Below are positions 1 through 9,400 of a DNA stretch of 64,000 nucleotides, piece after piece. The notes under the pieces are model-generated. The model made no database searches. It saw only the letters and a program-made list of their open reading frames with translations, and had not been told where the DNA came from. Every line of letters starts with the position of its first letter. The stretch's first letter is position 1. Position numbers and translations under genes: made by a program. Origin of the DNA: an uncultured bacterium (lineage in GTDB: Bacteria > Chloroflexota > UBA5177 > JANWHV01). The stretch lies in the NCBI GenBank assembly GCA_963827235.1, contig CAWHAE010000010.1, forward strand, positions 416,001 through 480,000, read 5' to 3'.

Positions 1-135
1 CCCAGGGGGATCGGCCGATCGTCCGTTGTGCAGCAGACGGCCTGCTCGCGGCGTGTACTGTGTCGTCGCGGTGCGGGCTTGCAGCACGGCCGGTCGAGGA
101 TAGGACGCATCGCGCCAATCTGTAAGGAGGATGCG

Positions 136-1278
136 ATGGCCATGAACCCGCGAGACAGGGTGCTCTGCGCGTTGAACCATGAGGAACCCGACCGGGTGCC
201 GATATTCCTCGGCACGTCGGGCGCCACAACCATGCTTGCTCCCGCATACGAGCGGTTCAAGGCCTATCTCGGCATCAAGAGCGAGCCCAGGCTGTTCTCC
301 AGGACAATGCAGTATGTGCGCCTCGACGAGGAGGTCATGCTCCGATTCGGCATCGACGGCAGGCCGCTCATCCCGGGTGCCGCTCCCTCGACACTGCGCC
401 GGGAGATCGACGCGTGCACCATGGTGGACGAGTGGGGCACGACCTGGCGAATGAAGCCTGGCACCATGTACTACGAGATTGTCGGTTGTCCCTTGCGCGA
501 GGCAACCGTGGCCGACGTGGAGCGATACCCCTGGCCCGACCTGACCCATCCCAGTCGGTTTGCCGGCCTGGCCGCGGAGGCCGCCGCCCTGCGCGACCAG
601 GGCTTTGCCGTCGTAGCCCTTAGCGGCGTGAACCCGGTGGAGCAGATCTGGGGCTTGCGCGGCATGGACACGTGGCTGGTCGACCTCGTGGACAACCTGG
701 ACTTCGTACAGGCACTGCTCGCGAAGGTGACCGACCTCATGCTTGCCGGCGTGCAGGCCCTTCTGGACGAAGTGGGCCAGTATGTCGACGTCCTGATCAT
801 GGCGGACGATCAGGCCACTCAGCACGGGCCGCTGATTTCGCCCAAGCTGTATCGCGCGCTCTACAAGCCGCATCACGCCCGGCTCATCTCCGCCATCAAG
901 CAGAAGACAGGTGCGAAGATCTTTTTCCACTCCGACGGCAGCGTATTCCCGCTGATCGGTGACTTCATCGAGATTGGCGTGGATCTGCTCAACCCAGTGC
1001 AAGTGTCGGCCAGGGACATGGGGGATACGGCCCGGCTGAAGCGATTGTTCGGCGATCGGTTATCCTTCTGCGGCGCCATCGACACGCAGAACGTGCTCCC
1101 GTTCGGCACTACCGACGACGTGCGCCGGGAGGTGCGCCGGCGGATCCACGACCTGGGTCCGGGCGGCGGATACCTCCTGGCGACCGTGCACTGCGTGCAG
1201 CCAGACGTACCGCCCGAGAACATTCATGCCATGCTCGACGAGGCGATCATTTCCGGGCGATATCCGCTCAGATCGTAG
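136..1278 (+). CDS. Uroporphyrinogen decarboxylase / MtaA-CmuA superfamily protein
   Basis: AAGGAGG RBS before ATG 136; motifs HEEPDRVP, DEWG, FHSDG, LNPVQ, CGAIDTQ, GPGGGYLLATVHCVQPDVPPEN. Confidence 0.88.
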   Translation: MAMNPRDRVLCALNHEEPDRVPIFLGTSGATTMLAPAYERFKAYLGIKSEPRLFSRTMQYVRLDEEVMLRFGIDGRPLIPGAAPSTLRREIDACTMVDEWGTTWRMKPGTMYYEIVGCPLREATVADVERYPWPDLTHPSRFAGLAAEAAALRDQGFAVVALSGVNPVEQIWGLRGMDTWLVDLVDNLDFVQALLAKVTDLMLAGVQALLDEVGQYVDVLIMADDQATQHGPLISPKLYRALYKPHHARLISAIKQKTGAKIFFHSDGSVFPLIGDFIEIGVDLLNPVQVSARDMGDTARLKRLFGDRLSFCGAIDTQNVLPFGTTDDVRREVRRRIHDLGPGGGYLLATVHCVQPDVPPENIHAMLDEAIISGRYPLRS

Positions 1279-1287
1279 TGGCTCACA

Positions 1288-1337
1288 CAGCCGCCCGGCG
1301 GTGGTGAGGTTCGAACCCCACCACCGCCGGGCGGCTG
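1288..1337. terminator. 19-bp perfect inverted repeat between convergent genes (probable bidirectional terminator)
   Basis: cagccgcccggcggtggtg / caccaccgccgggcggctg, loop aggttcgaaccc. Confidence 0.7.
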
Positions 1338-1358
1338 CATCGTCTCTGACCTGCCCGA

Positions 1359-2009
1359 CTACAACGGCGCCGCGTCTTGCGGCGCGCGGACAATTGCCTC
1401 GAGCGCGATTACAAGCGCCGTCGCGCCGGCATCGGCGTGGCCGACCGTGCGGTCCCCCACCCAATTCGCTCGGCCGACCTTAGCGCGCATCGGTATGGTC
1501 GCCGCGCAACCCTCTCGTGCCGCGGCGAGTGCCCGGCGTCCGGCTTCGCCAAGACCGAGCTGGGTCGCAGCGGATTGCTGCAGCGACTCGACCGCGGGCA
1601 CGAGCGCGTCGAGTATCGTCTTGTCGCCCGGCTGAGCCTTGCCTCGCTCACGAATGCCCGTCTCGGCTGCCGCGACCATTCGCGCCAGCAACGGCAAATC
1701 GAGCGTGGCGGCGCCCTTGGCTTCCTTGCCGGCGCGCATTCCGGCGGTGGCGATCAGGGCGCCCATAGTGGAGGCGGCAGCGCGGTTGAATGCCATGCCC
1801 GCCCTTGTACAGGTCGCCGATATATCCGCGTCCGCCAGTGTCGCCAGCTCATCGAGCACAGCCTGGCAGCCCAGGCGCATGGTGACGCCGAGATCGCCAT
1901 CGCCGAGCGCGGCGTCGAGCGCATTCAGCTCCTCGGCGCGAGCGACAAGCGCCACGGCGATTGCTTTCAGCGCGGCACGGACCTGATCGGGACTGAGCGT
2001 GTCACCCAC
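1359..2009 (-). CDS. dhaL: Dihydroxyacetone kinase-family subunit L (DAK2 domain)
   Basis: AAGGAGG + GTG start at 2009; LNALDAALGDGDLGVTM, GKAQPGDKTILDAL, KVGRA, GHADAGA. Confidence 0.9.
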   Translation of the reverse strand: MGDTLSPDQVRAALKAIAVALVARAEELNALDAALGDGDLGVTMRLGCQAVLDELATLADADISATCTRAGMAFNRAAASTMGALIATAGMRAGKEAKGAATLDLPLLARMVAAAETGIRERGKAQPGDKTILDALVPAVESLQQSAATQLGLGEAGRRALAAAREGCAATIPMRAKVGRANWVGDRTVGHADAGATALVIALEAIVRAPQDAAPL

Positions 2010-2040
2010 TGCATTTCCTCCTTTCGCCGCCGCGGCTCGC

Positions 2041-3046
2041 TCAACGCGCATTCTGAATGAAGAACGGCGACTCGGCGGGCAGCGTCCAGCCAGTGCGCCA
2101 GCTCGTCGTCCAGCCGCAGAATCGTCAGCGAAGCACCGCCCATTTCCATTGACGTGGCATATTCGCCCACGTAGGCTCGGTGGACGCCGACTCCAATCTG
2201 CGCCAGCCTCTGATGGATGCGTCGATAGAGAATGTAGAGCTCTTCCGGCGGTGTGGCACCGAGCCCGTTGACCAGTACGGCCACGCGGCCACCATTCTCC
2301 AGCCCGAGCTCGGCACACGTGGCATCGAACAGGCGGTCGGCTATGGAGTCCGCCGGCTCCAGCTTGCCCCGGCGCACTCCCGGCTCGCCGTGGATGCCCA
2401 TGCCTATTTCCATCTCATCGTCGCCGATGGTAAAGGTAGGTGTACCGGCGGCCGGAATCGTGCAGGGCGAGAGCGCGACGCCCATCGTGCGTGTGTTTGC
2501 CAGCGTATGGCGGGTGATCTGCTCGACCTCGTCGAGCGTCCGTCCGGCCGCGGCACCGGCACCCGCCGTCTTGAAAGCGAAAACCATGCCGGCCACGCCG
2601 CGCCGCCGCGCCGCCTCTGCAGCCGGGGCAGAGGCCACGTCGTCGGACACCAGCGCGGTCCGCACCTCGATGTCCTCGAGTGAAGCCATCTCAGTGGCCA
2701 TGTCGAAGTTCATCACGTCGCCGCCGTAGTTGCCGTAAATGTACAGGACGCCTCTGCCGCCATCGATCGCCTTCGTGACCTCGAGCATGACTTCGGCGCT
2801 GGGCGAGGCGAAGACATTGCCGACGGCGCATCCGTCGAGCAAGCCCTTGCCGACATAGCCCAGGAATACCGGTAGATGACCGGATCCTCCACCCGTGGCC
2901 AGGGCCACCTTTCCCTTGACAGGGGCGTCGGCACGCACGATGGCCCGAGGACTTCCGGCGGCGCGGAGCGAGTCGGGATGCGCGAGAAGCAGCCCCTGGA
3001 GCATTTCGTCGACGACTGCCATCGGCTCGTTGATGATCTTCTTCAT
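2041..3046 (-). CDS. dhaK: Dihydroxyacetone kinase-family subunit K (DAK1 domain); probable 1-nt frameshift near 2080
   Basis: MKKIIN, GGGSGHLP, GNVFASPS, NYGGD, GMGIHGEPG, TSMEM; the natural C-terminus PAESPFFIQNAR* lies in another frame ending at 2041. Confidence 0.88.
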
Positions 3047-3111
3047 GACCGGTACTCCCTTACGGCATCACTGCCGGAACAGCACTTTGTACAGGCAGTG
3101 CCGCGCGAAAA

Positions 3112-4059
3112 CTACTGCGATACCGACTTGCGGGAAGGTGAGCTGGAAGCCGTGTTCGAGCACTGGGCCAACGTGGCACGAAGAAACTCGGCAGACCGGC
3201 GGATCTCATCCAGGCCATTCATCCCGTCCTCGATCGAGATCCAACCGTCGAAACCAACGTCGCGAAGCACGCGGAAGATGGCGGGATAGTCGTTCAGTCC
3301 AGTCCCGATCTCGCCGTGGTGCAGGATCGAGGCGTAGCCCACGGCATCCTCTACGCTATGTAGCTCCGCCAAGGTGTGGCCGGGGGCGAGACCGCGGTCG
3401 CTGGCATGCATGCACACCACGCGGTGCTTGACGGTCTCGAGCACTGCCAGCGGATCATCGCCGGCCAGGATGGCGTTCGAGGGGTCGAAGTTGACGCCGA
3501 ACCACGGCGAGTCCAGCGCTTCGACGATGCGGCGAAAGACGGGCAGGTGCTGAGCGAACTCGGGATAGGTCCAGTAATTGTCTTTGTAATGGTTCTCGAG
3601 CACAAGTATCACGCCGCGGTCGGCGGCATGCGGCAAGAGGGATCCGATCGCGTCGACGACCATCGCCACGCCCTCGTCCTCGGAGATTTCCGGGCGACGC
3701 TGGCCTGAGAGCACCCTGCAGGTTCTCGGCGCCGGTGCGTCAAAGCTTGCCACGAGGTCGATCATCCGGCGCATCCGCGCGACCTCTGCCTGTCGAGCGG
3801 CCTCGTCCGGCTTGGTAAAGTCCGGTGAGGCGCACATCATCGGCACCACGAAGCCGTGTCGGGCCAGCGCAGCGCGAATAGTCGCCAGGTATCCGGCGTC
3901 GAGCGAGGTGAAGAAACCCGGGTACATCTCGAGACCGTCGACTCCGAGGCTGGCGGCCACGTCAATCCACTCGACCAGGGACATAGTGCGGGTGATGCAC
4001 AGCGCGTCCATGAAGCACTTGGGAAACGCCGCGATCTTGGACGAAGGCCCCAGAGCCAT
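3112..4059 (-). CDS. Sugar phosphate isomerase/epimerase, xylose-isomerase-like TIM barrel
   Basis: Metal-binding motifs LENH, NFDPSN, MHASD, ISIED. Confidence 0.85.
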   Translation of the reverse strand: MALGPSSKIAAFPKCFMDALCITRTMSLVEWIDVAASLGVDGLEMYPGFFTSLDAGYLATIRAALARHGFVVPMMCASPDFTKPDEAARQAEVARMRRMIDLVASFDAPAPRTCRVLSGQRRPEISEDEGVAMVVDAIGSLLPHAADRGVILVLENHYKDNYWTYPEFAQHLPVFRRIVEALDSPWFGVNFDPSNAILAGDDPLAVLETVKHRVVCMHASDRGLAPGHTLAELHSVEDAVGYASILHHGEIGTGLNDYPAIFRVLRDVGFDGWISIEDGMNGLDEIRRSAEFLRATLAQCSNTASSSPSRKSVSQ

Positions 4060-4100
4060 ACGCTCACTCCTATTCCGCTGCCGGCTACTCGAAGCCGATG

Positions 4101-4895
4101 TCAGGCCGTGTATGACGCGGTTGGCTGCACCGGCAGCTCCGAGGCGCCGGCGTCGAGCGGAAGCACCGTGCCGGTCACCTGGATCGATTCGTCAGATGCC
4201 AGGTAGATGACCGCGTGAGCCACGTCCTCCACGGTCTGGTGCCGTCCCATCGGCATGGTGGCTCCCACAACCCTGAGCGTCTCATCGGTCACGCCGCTGC
4301 CGTGCTGCAACTCGAGCTCGCCCTCGGTAAGCACCCAACCGGGAATCACGTAGTTTACCCGGATGCGGTCGCGAACGAGTGCACCGGCCAGGGTCCGGGT
4401 CATAGCGAGCAGGCCGCCCTTCGCGGCAGCATAGGCGACCATGTTGGGCAGGCCCTGAATGCCGGCGATGGAACCGATATTGACGATGCTGCCGCCGCCT
4501 GCTCGCCGCATGTGAGGAGTGGCGTGCTTGCAGCAATAGAAGGCACCGCGGAGGTCGAGGTTGAGGACGTCCTCCCAGAGCTCGGTCGTCGTTTCTTCGA
4601 GGGTGCCGCGAGGCATACGGCCGGCGTTGTTGACCAGCACGTCGAGCCGACCAAAGCTCGAGACGGCGGCATCCATCAGGCCGACGCACTGCTTCTCCTC
4701 GGTCACGTCGGCGTGGCAGTACACTGCCTCACCGCCCGCCGCAACCAGTGCCGCGGCGGCGGCGAGGCCGAGCTCGTCCTGCACGTCGCCGATCACGACG
4801 CGCGATCCTTCACGCGCTAGCTGAGCGGCGACACCGCGCCCGATTCCACGCGCCGCGCCAGTGACGACGGCGACTTTGCCGGCCATTCGTCCCAT
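4101..4895 (-). CDS. Short-chain dehydrogenase/reductase
   Basis: TGAARGIG, NNAG, YAAAK. Confidence 0.92.
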   Translation of the reverse strand: MGRMAGKVAVVTGAARGIGRGVAAQLAREGSRVVIGDVQDELGLAAAAALVAAGGEAVYCHADVTEEKQCVGLMDAAVSSFGRLDVLVNNAGRMPRGTLEETTTELWEDVLNLDLRGAFYCCKHATPHMRRAGGGSIVNIGSIAGIQGLPNMVAYAAAKGGLLAMTRTLAGALVRDRIRVNYVIPGWVLTEGELELQHGSGVTDETLRVVGATMPMGRHQTVEDVAHAVIYLASDESIQVTGTVLPLDAGASELPVQPTASYTA

Positions 4896-4941
4896 GTAGC
4901 GTCACCTCCAGAGTGTCGAACTCACGGCTAAGCGTACCACG

Positions 4942-5967
4942 CTACGGGATGAGCACAGCCTTGGCGACGCGGCCGCTCTCCATATCGTCGAACGCCGCGT
5001 GCCAGTCGCTCAGGGGATAGGTTCTCAGCAGTCCCTGTACGGCGAGCGATCCATTGCCGAGCATCGTCAGGGCGCGCTCCCACGTGGCCCACGTATGGCT
5101 GAACGAGCCCTGCAGGCGCACTGCTTTGGCGACCAGCGGATCGAGCGAGAAATTCAACGGCTCGCGTCCCCATCCGACCTTCGTTATCTGGCCTGCCGGG
5201 CGAACCAGATCGAGGGCCATACGCAGGCTTGCCGAAACGCCCGCGGCATCGATCACGAGGTCGGCGCCGAGTCCGTCGCCGAGCTCGCGCACGGCCGCCA
5301 GCGGATCAGCTCGGTCCGAGATGCATAGCTGCGAAGCGCCGAGCTGCCGGGCAATAGCGAGGCGGGCTTCGTCCCGAGCGAGTCCTATCACCAGAAGATG
5401 GGCCGGCCGCGTGCCCGCGAGCACGGCGGTGGCCAGCAGGCCGATCGGGCCGGGACCAATGACGATGGCAGTGTCGCCGGGACGGGGCGAGGACTGCTCG
5501 AGCACCGTGCCTATGGCAACGCAGCAGGGCTCGGTCAGAGACGCCACCTCCCAAGACAAGCCGACCGGAAGACGGTGGAGCAGGCCGGCTCGCGCGACTA
5601 CGTATTCGGCAGCGGCGCCGTCCAGGCCATAGCCAAAGCCGAGCCGGGTGGGGCAGAGATTGTACCGGCCTGTCCGGCACATGGCACACACTCCGCAAAC
5701 CCGGGCGGCGGTCTCGCAGGCCACGCGGTCGCCGGCGCTCCAGCCCTGGACGCCAGCCCCGAGGGCAACGATCTCGCCGCAGAACTCGTGCCCGAGCGTT
5801 ACCGGCCAGTTGACTTTCCAGGATTGAGTGCCGTGCCGCTGATGGAGATCGCTGCCACACACGGCAACCGCGCGTACTTTCAGCAAGACCTCACCGGCTT
5901 CTGGCGTGGGAACCGGCCGTTCCTGAATCTCTACAGATCCCGGCCCGAGATTGACCAACGACAGCAT
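4942..5967 (-). CDS. Zn-dependent medium-chain (polyol/sorbitol-type) dehydrogenase
   Basis: CGSDLH, GHE, CGVCAMC...NLC structural Zn site, GPGPIG. Confidence 0.92.
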   Translation of the reverse strand: MLSLVNLGPGSVEIQERPVPTPEAGEVLLKVRAVAVCGSDLHQRHGTQSWKVNWPVTLGHEFCGEIVALGAGVQGWSAGDRVACETAARVCGVCAMCRTGRYNLCPTRLGFGYGLDGAAAEYVVARAGLLHRLPVGLSWEVASLTEPCCVAIGTVLEQSSPRPGDTAIVIGPGPIGLLATAVLAGTRPAHLLVIGLARDEARLAIARQLGASQLCISDRADPLAAVRELGDGLGADLVIDAAGVSASLRMALDLVRPAGQITKVGWGREPLNFSLDPLVAKAVRLQGSFSHTWATWERALTMLGNGSLAVQGLLRTYPLSDWHAAFDDMESGRVAKAVLIP

Positions 5968-6081
5968 GGAGCCCTCCTCTTCCGGTCCTCGTGACGCGGC
6001 ACGCGCTAAACCTGCTCCATTGTAGAAGGAGCACTCTCTACACCGTTATCGATGGTCGCCGTTCGCCGCCGGTGCCTGTTG

Positions 6082-6999
6082 CTAGGCCGCGACCGACCGA
6101 TGCCGCAGCACGATCTCGGCGACGGCACGCCGGGTGGTCTCGTCGGGCCGCTCCAGCGGCAGGGCAGGCCGCCCGCTGCCAAAGCCCAGCGCCGCCGCCG
6201 CCAGCTTGGCCCCGGTCAGGAAGTGCCCATACTGCTCGATGCGCGCCAGGTCCGCTGCCTCCGCCTGCAGCCGCGCCACCGTGGCCCCATCCCCCGCCCT
6301 GGCCGCCGCGAAGAGCGCCACGTACAGCCGCGGCGCGAAGTTGGCCAGCCCGGGCACCAGCCCGTCGCCCACCGGCGGCGGCGTCTGGTTCATCAGCTTG
6401 CCGCTGCCCTGCAGCACCCGGAAGTGCGGCTGCTCCGCCTTGATGGCCAGGAAGCGGGCGAAGGCGCCCCCGTCCTCGGCCGAGTCCTTGATCCCGATCA
6501 CCCGCCGCTCGCTCGCCAGGGCCGCCACCGTCTCGGGCAGCAGGATGTTGTGCGTGCACTGGGGGATGTTGTAGAGCATCACCGGCAGGGCACAGGCCTC
6601 GAGCAGCCGCTCGATGTGTCGCTGCTGGTCGGCACCGCTCACGCCGAAGTAGTAGGGGGAGCCGGCCACCAGCACGTCCGCCCCTGCCGCTTCCGCCTGC
6701 CGGGCCGCCTCGCAGGCCGCGCTGGTGCCCGGCAGCATCACCCCGGCCAGCACCGGCACCCGCCCGGCGGCGGCGTGCACCGCGGCGGCCAGCACCGCCC
6801 CCCGCTGCGCCGTGCTCAGCCAGGCCCCTTCGCCAAAGCCCCCCAGCACGAAGAGTCCGGCGCAGCCCCCGGCCAGCACGTAGTCCACCAGGCCGTGCAT
6901 GCCCCCCGCGTCCGGCTCCCCCTGCTCGTCCAGCGGCGAGACCAGCGGCGGGATCACCCCGCCCAGGCTGATGCGCCTGCCCGCATTCTGCTCTGCCAT
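6082..6999 (-). CDS. DHDPS/NAL-family aldolase (2-keto-3-deoxy-acid aldolase or dehydratase-like)
   Basis: GVIPPLVSP, MLYNIP (catalytic Tyr), GIKDS (Schiff-base Lys); GGFGE in place of GxTGE. Confidence 0.88.
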   Translation of the reverse strand: MAEQNAGRRISLGGVIPPLVSPLDEQGEPDAGGMHGLVDYVLAGGCAGLFVLGGFGEGAWLSTAQRGAVLAAAVHAAAGRVPVLAGVMLPGTSAACEAARQAEAAGADVLVAGSPYYFGVSGADQQRHIERLLEACALPVMLYNIPQCTHNILLPETVAALASERRVIGIKDSAEDGGAFARFLAIKAEQPHFRVLQGSGKLMNQTPPPVGDGLVPGLANFAPRLYVALFAAARAGDGATVARLQAEAADLARIEQYGHFLTGAKLAAAALGFGSGRPALPLERPDETTRRAVAEIVLRHRSVAA

Positions 7000-7047
7000 G
7001 TGCTCTCCGGTCCCTCTCTCTCTGCCCTCATCCCTCGCCTGCCGCCC

Positions 7048-8019
7048 CTAGACCACCCCGTTGACGCAGTTGGGCACCCGCTCGCCCCGCAGCGCCGTGG
7101 CCACCGTCTGCGCCACGCTCGCCCGCAGGCTGCTCACCGCCCGCGGACTGGCCGAGGCCACGTGGCTGGTGATCACCACGTTGCCCATGCGCCGCAGGGC
7201 GCTCTCCGCCGGCAGCGGCTCCGGGTCCGTCACGTCCAGGGCGGCACCGCCCACCCGGCCCGCGGCCAGTGCCGCCTCCAGGGCCGCCGTGTCCACCAGC
7301 GTGCCCCGCGCCATGTTCACCAGCAGCACGCCCTCCTGCATCCCGGCCAGCGACCGCGCGTTGATCATCTGCTGCGTCTGCGCCGTGCTCGGGCAGTGCA
7401 GCGAGACCAGGTCGCTCTCGGCCAGCAGCCGCTCCAGCGGCACCAGCGTGGCGCCCAGCGCCGCCGCTTCCTCCGCGCCGAGCAGCGGGTCGCAGACCAG
7501 CACCCGCGTCTTGAAGGGCAGCAGCCGCCGCACCACCTCGCGCCCGATGCGCCCGCAGCCCACCACGCCCGTGGTCATGTCCCGCAGCGTGTGGTAGGTG
7601 TTCAGGGGCAGCTGGGCACTCCAGCCCCCCGCCTGCACCGTCACGGCGTGCCGCACCACCTGCCGCGTCAGGGCCAGCATCAGGGCCAGCGTGTGGTCCG
7701 CCACCTCGTCGATGCAGTAGTCCGGCACGTTGCACACCGCGATGTTCCGGCTGCGTGCCGCCGCCAGGTCCACGTTGTCCACCCCGATGCCGTAGCGCAC
7801 GATCAGCCGCGCCCGCTGCATGCCCTGGATGGCCCGTGCCGTCACCGGCGCGAACTGCGTCAGCACGAAGTCCGCCTGGGCGCAGCAGGCCAGCACCTCC
7901 TCCTCGGTGCGGCACTGCGCCCCCACCAGCGTGCAGCCCAGGGGCTCCAGAATCTGCCGCTCCGTCTCCAGCTCGCCAAACGTGGAATCGGTCACCGCTA
8001 CCGTATAGCCTGCCATCAT
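7048..8019 (-). CDS. D-isomer-specific 2-hydroxyacid dehydrogenase (CtBP/SerA-like)
   Basis: RYGIGVDNVD, GCGRIG, NMARG, DVTDPEP, TSHVA; GGGAGG RBS. Confidence 0.9.
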   Translation of the reverse strand: MMAGYTVAVTDSTFGELETERQILEPLGCTLVGAQCRTEEEVLACCAQADFVLTQFAPVTARAIQGMQRARLIVRYGIGVDNVDLAAARSRNIAVCNVPDYCIDEVADHTLALMLALTRQVVRHAVTVQAGGWSAQLPLNTYHTLRDMTTGVVGCGRIGREVVRRLLPFKTRVLVCDPLLGAEEAAALGATLVPLERLLAESDLVSLHCPSTAQTQQMINARSLAGMQEGVLLVNMARGTLVDTAALEAALAAGRVGGAALDVTDPEPLPAESALRRMGNVVITSHVASASPRAVSSLRASVAQTVATALRGERVPNCVNGVV

Positions 8020-8035
8020 CGCCTCCCTCAGCCGC

Positions 8036-9136
8036 TCACGCGCCATCGCGCAGCGTGAACGCCACGCCCACGCTCGCCGCCGTCTCAATCAGGGTCTCTA
8101 CCGTGTGCGCGCTCAGCGGACAGCCCGAGGCCGCCCGCTGCCGGGCCGTGCGCAGCTCCGGCTCCCCCGGCAGCAGCACTTCCTCCACCCCCGCCACCGG
8201 GGGACTGGCCTTCAGGGCGTCGCAGAAGGCGTCCACCCGCTCCTGGTACTCCGCCAGGGAGGTGAAGGCCGTCACGTCCAACGCCTGCACGTAGTGCGCG
8301 ATGTCCACCCGCTGGCTGAAGTCTTCCCCCCAGCGCACGATGTGCGGCCCCCACTGCGTGCCCAGCAGCAGCGAGGAGGTGAACTCGATCATGGTGGCCA
8401 GGCCGTAGCCCTTGGCCCCACCCATGGGCAGCCCGGCATAGGTGGCGAACACCGCCGGGTCGGCCGAGGGCTCGGTCACCGGCCGCCCCTGGTCGTCGAT
8501 CACCCACCCCGCCGGCACCCGCTGGTGCTCCTGCGCCGCCTTGTAGTACTTGCCTCCCGCCACCACGCTGGTCGCCATGTCCACCGTCACCCCCGGCCAG
8601 CGCCGGCCGGCCGGGGCCGCCAGGGCCAGCGGGTTGGTGCCGAAGAAGCGCTGCCGCCCGTTGTAGGGCACCACGCTCGACTCCGCCGGCGACCACACCG
8701 TGCCCACACAGCCCTGTGCCGCCGCCCAGTTCACGTAGTAGGCCGCCGCCCCGAAGTGGTTGGAGTGCCGCACCAGCACCGTGCCCACCCCCTGCTCCCG
8801 CGCCAGCGCCACCGCCTGCTCCATGGCCCGCACCGTGGCCAGGTGCCCCATGCCGCCGTCCGCGTCCAGCACGCCCACCGCGCCCCGCCGCCGCTCGAAG
8901 CGCAGCCGCGGCGTGGGGTTGATCAGCCCCAGGCGCAGCCGCTTGACGTACAGGCGCAGGTTGAAGGCGCCGTGCGTATCCACGCCGCGCAGGTTGGCGT
9001 CGACGATCACCTCCGCGCACAGGGCGGCCTCCTCCGCGGGCATGCCGGCCCCGGCCAGCAGGGCGCCGGCAAAGCGGCGCAGGCTCTGGGCGGAGACCAC
9101 GATGTCGCGGACCGTGGCGCGCTCATTCTCGTGCAT
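8036..9136 (-). CDS. Ldh_2 family oxidoreductase (ComC/AllD/YiaK-like)
   Basis: GVDTHG, SNHFGAAAYY, GTNPL, DMATS, GGAKGYGL, LPGEPE. Confidence 0.9.
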   Translation of the reverse strand: MHENERATVRDIVVSAQSLRRFAGALLAGAGMPAEEAALCAEVIVDANLRGVDTHGAFNLRLYVKRLRLGLINPTPRLRFERRRGAVGVLDADGGMGHLATVRAMEQAVALAREQGVGTVLVRHSNHFGAAAYYVNWAAAQGCVGTVWSPAESSVVPYNGRQRFFGTNPLALAAPAGRRWPGVTVDMATSVVAGGKYYKAAQEHQRVPAGWVIDDQGRPVTEPSADPAVFATYAGLPMGGAKGYGLATMIEFTSSLLLGTQWGPHIVRWGEDFSQRVDIAHYVQALDVTAFTSLAEYQERVDAFCDALKASPPVAGVEEVLLPGEPELRTARQRAASGCPLSAHTVETLIETAASVGVAFTLRDGA

Positions 9137-9256
9137 GGCTGTTCGTTCCTTGTCCCACTCTCGCTGCTCTCGCGGTGCGCAGCGGCACCCCCGTCCCACC
9201 GCCGGACTCAGCCGTGCGGCGCGACGGACGCGCCATCCCCGCGCCGTGCCGCCCTC

Positions 9257-9293
9257 ACCATACCGCAGATCCCTGCCGTGGTCAACTGTTGAC
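9257..9293 (-). promoter_or_regulatory. Sigma70-type promoter (TTGACC-17-TATGGT) with palindromic operator GTCAACTGTTGAC (9281-9293) over the -35
   Basis: Read directly; same 13-mer at 10904-10916. Confidence 0.75.
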
Positions 9294-9400
9294 AGTACTC
9301 TCTGAGTCGTGCGGAGCGAACGCCGATAAGCAAGCGCGCGCCCGGTTCAACCTGCGCGCCTGTCGGGGCATCTCCGGACGACCACCGGCGAAATCAGCGG

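Noticed and set aside
1300-1325. Possible tRNA gene suggested by GGTTCGAACCC
   Set aside because: No D arm, anticodon arm or acceptor stem; the motif is only a hairpin loop
6052-8058. 668-aa + strand ORF and other long overlapping ORFs (7028-7915, 8085-9020, 8105-9292)
   Set aside because: Shadow frames of very high-GC3 genes on the - strand; low-complexity His/Arg/Gly/Ala translations with no motifs
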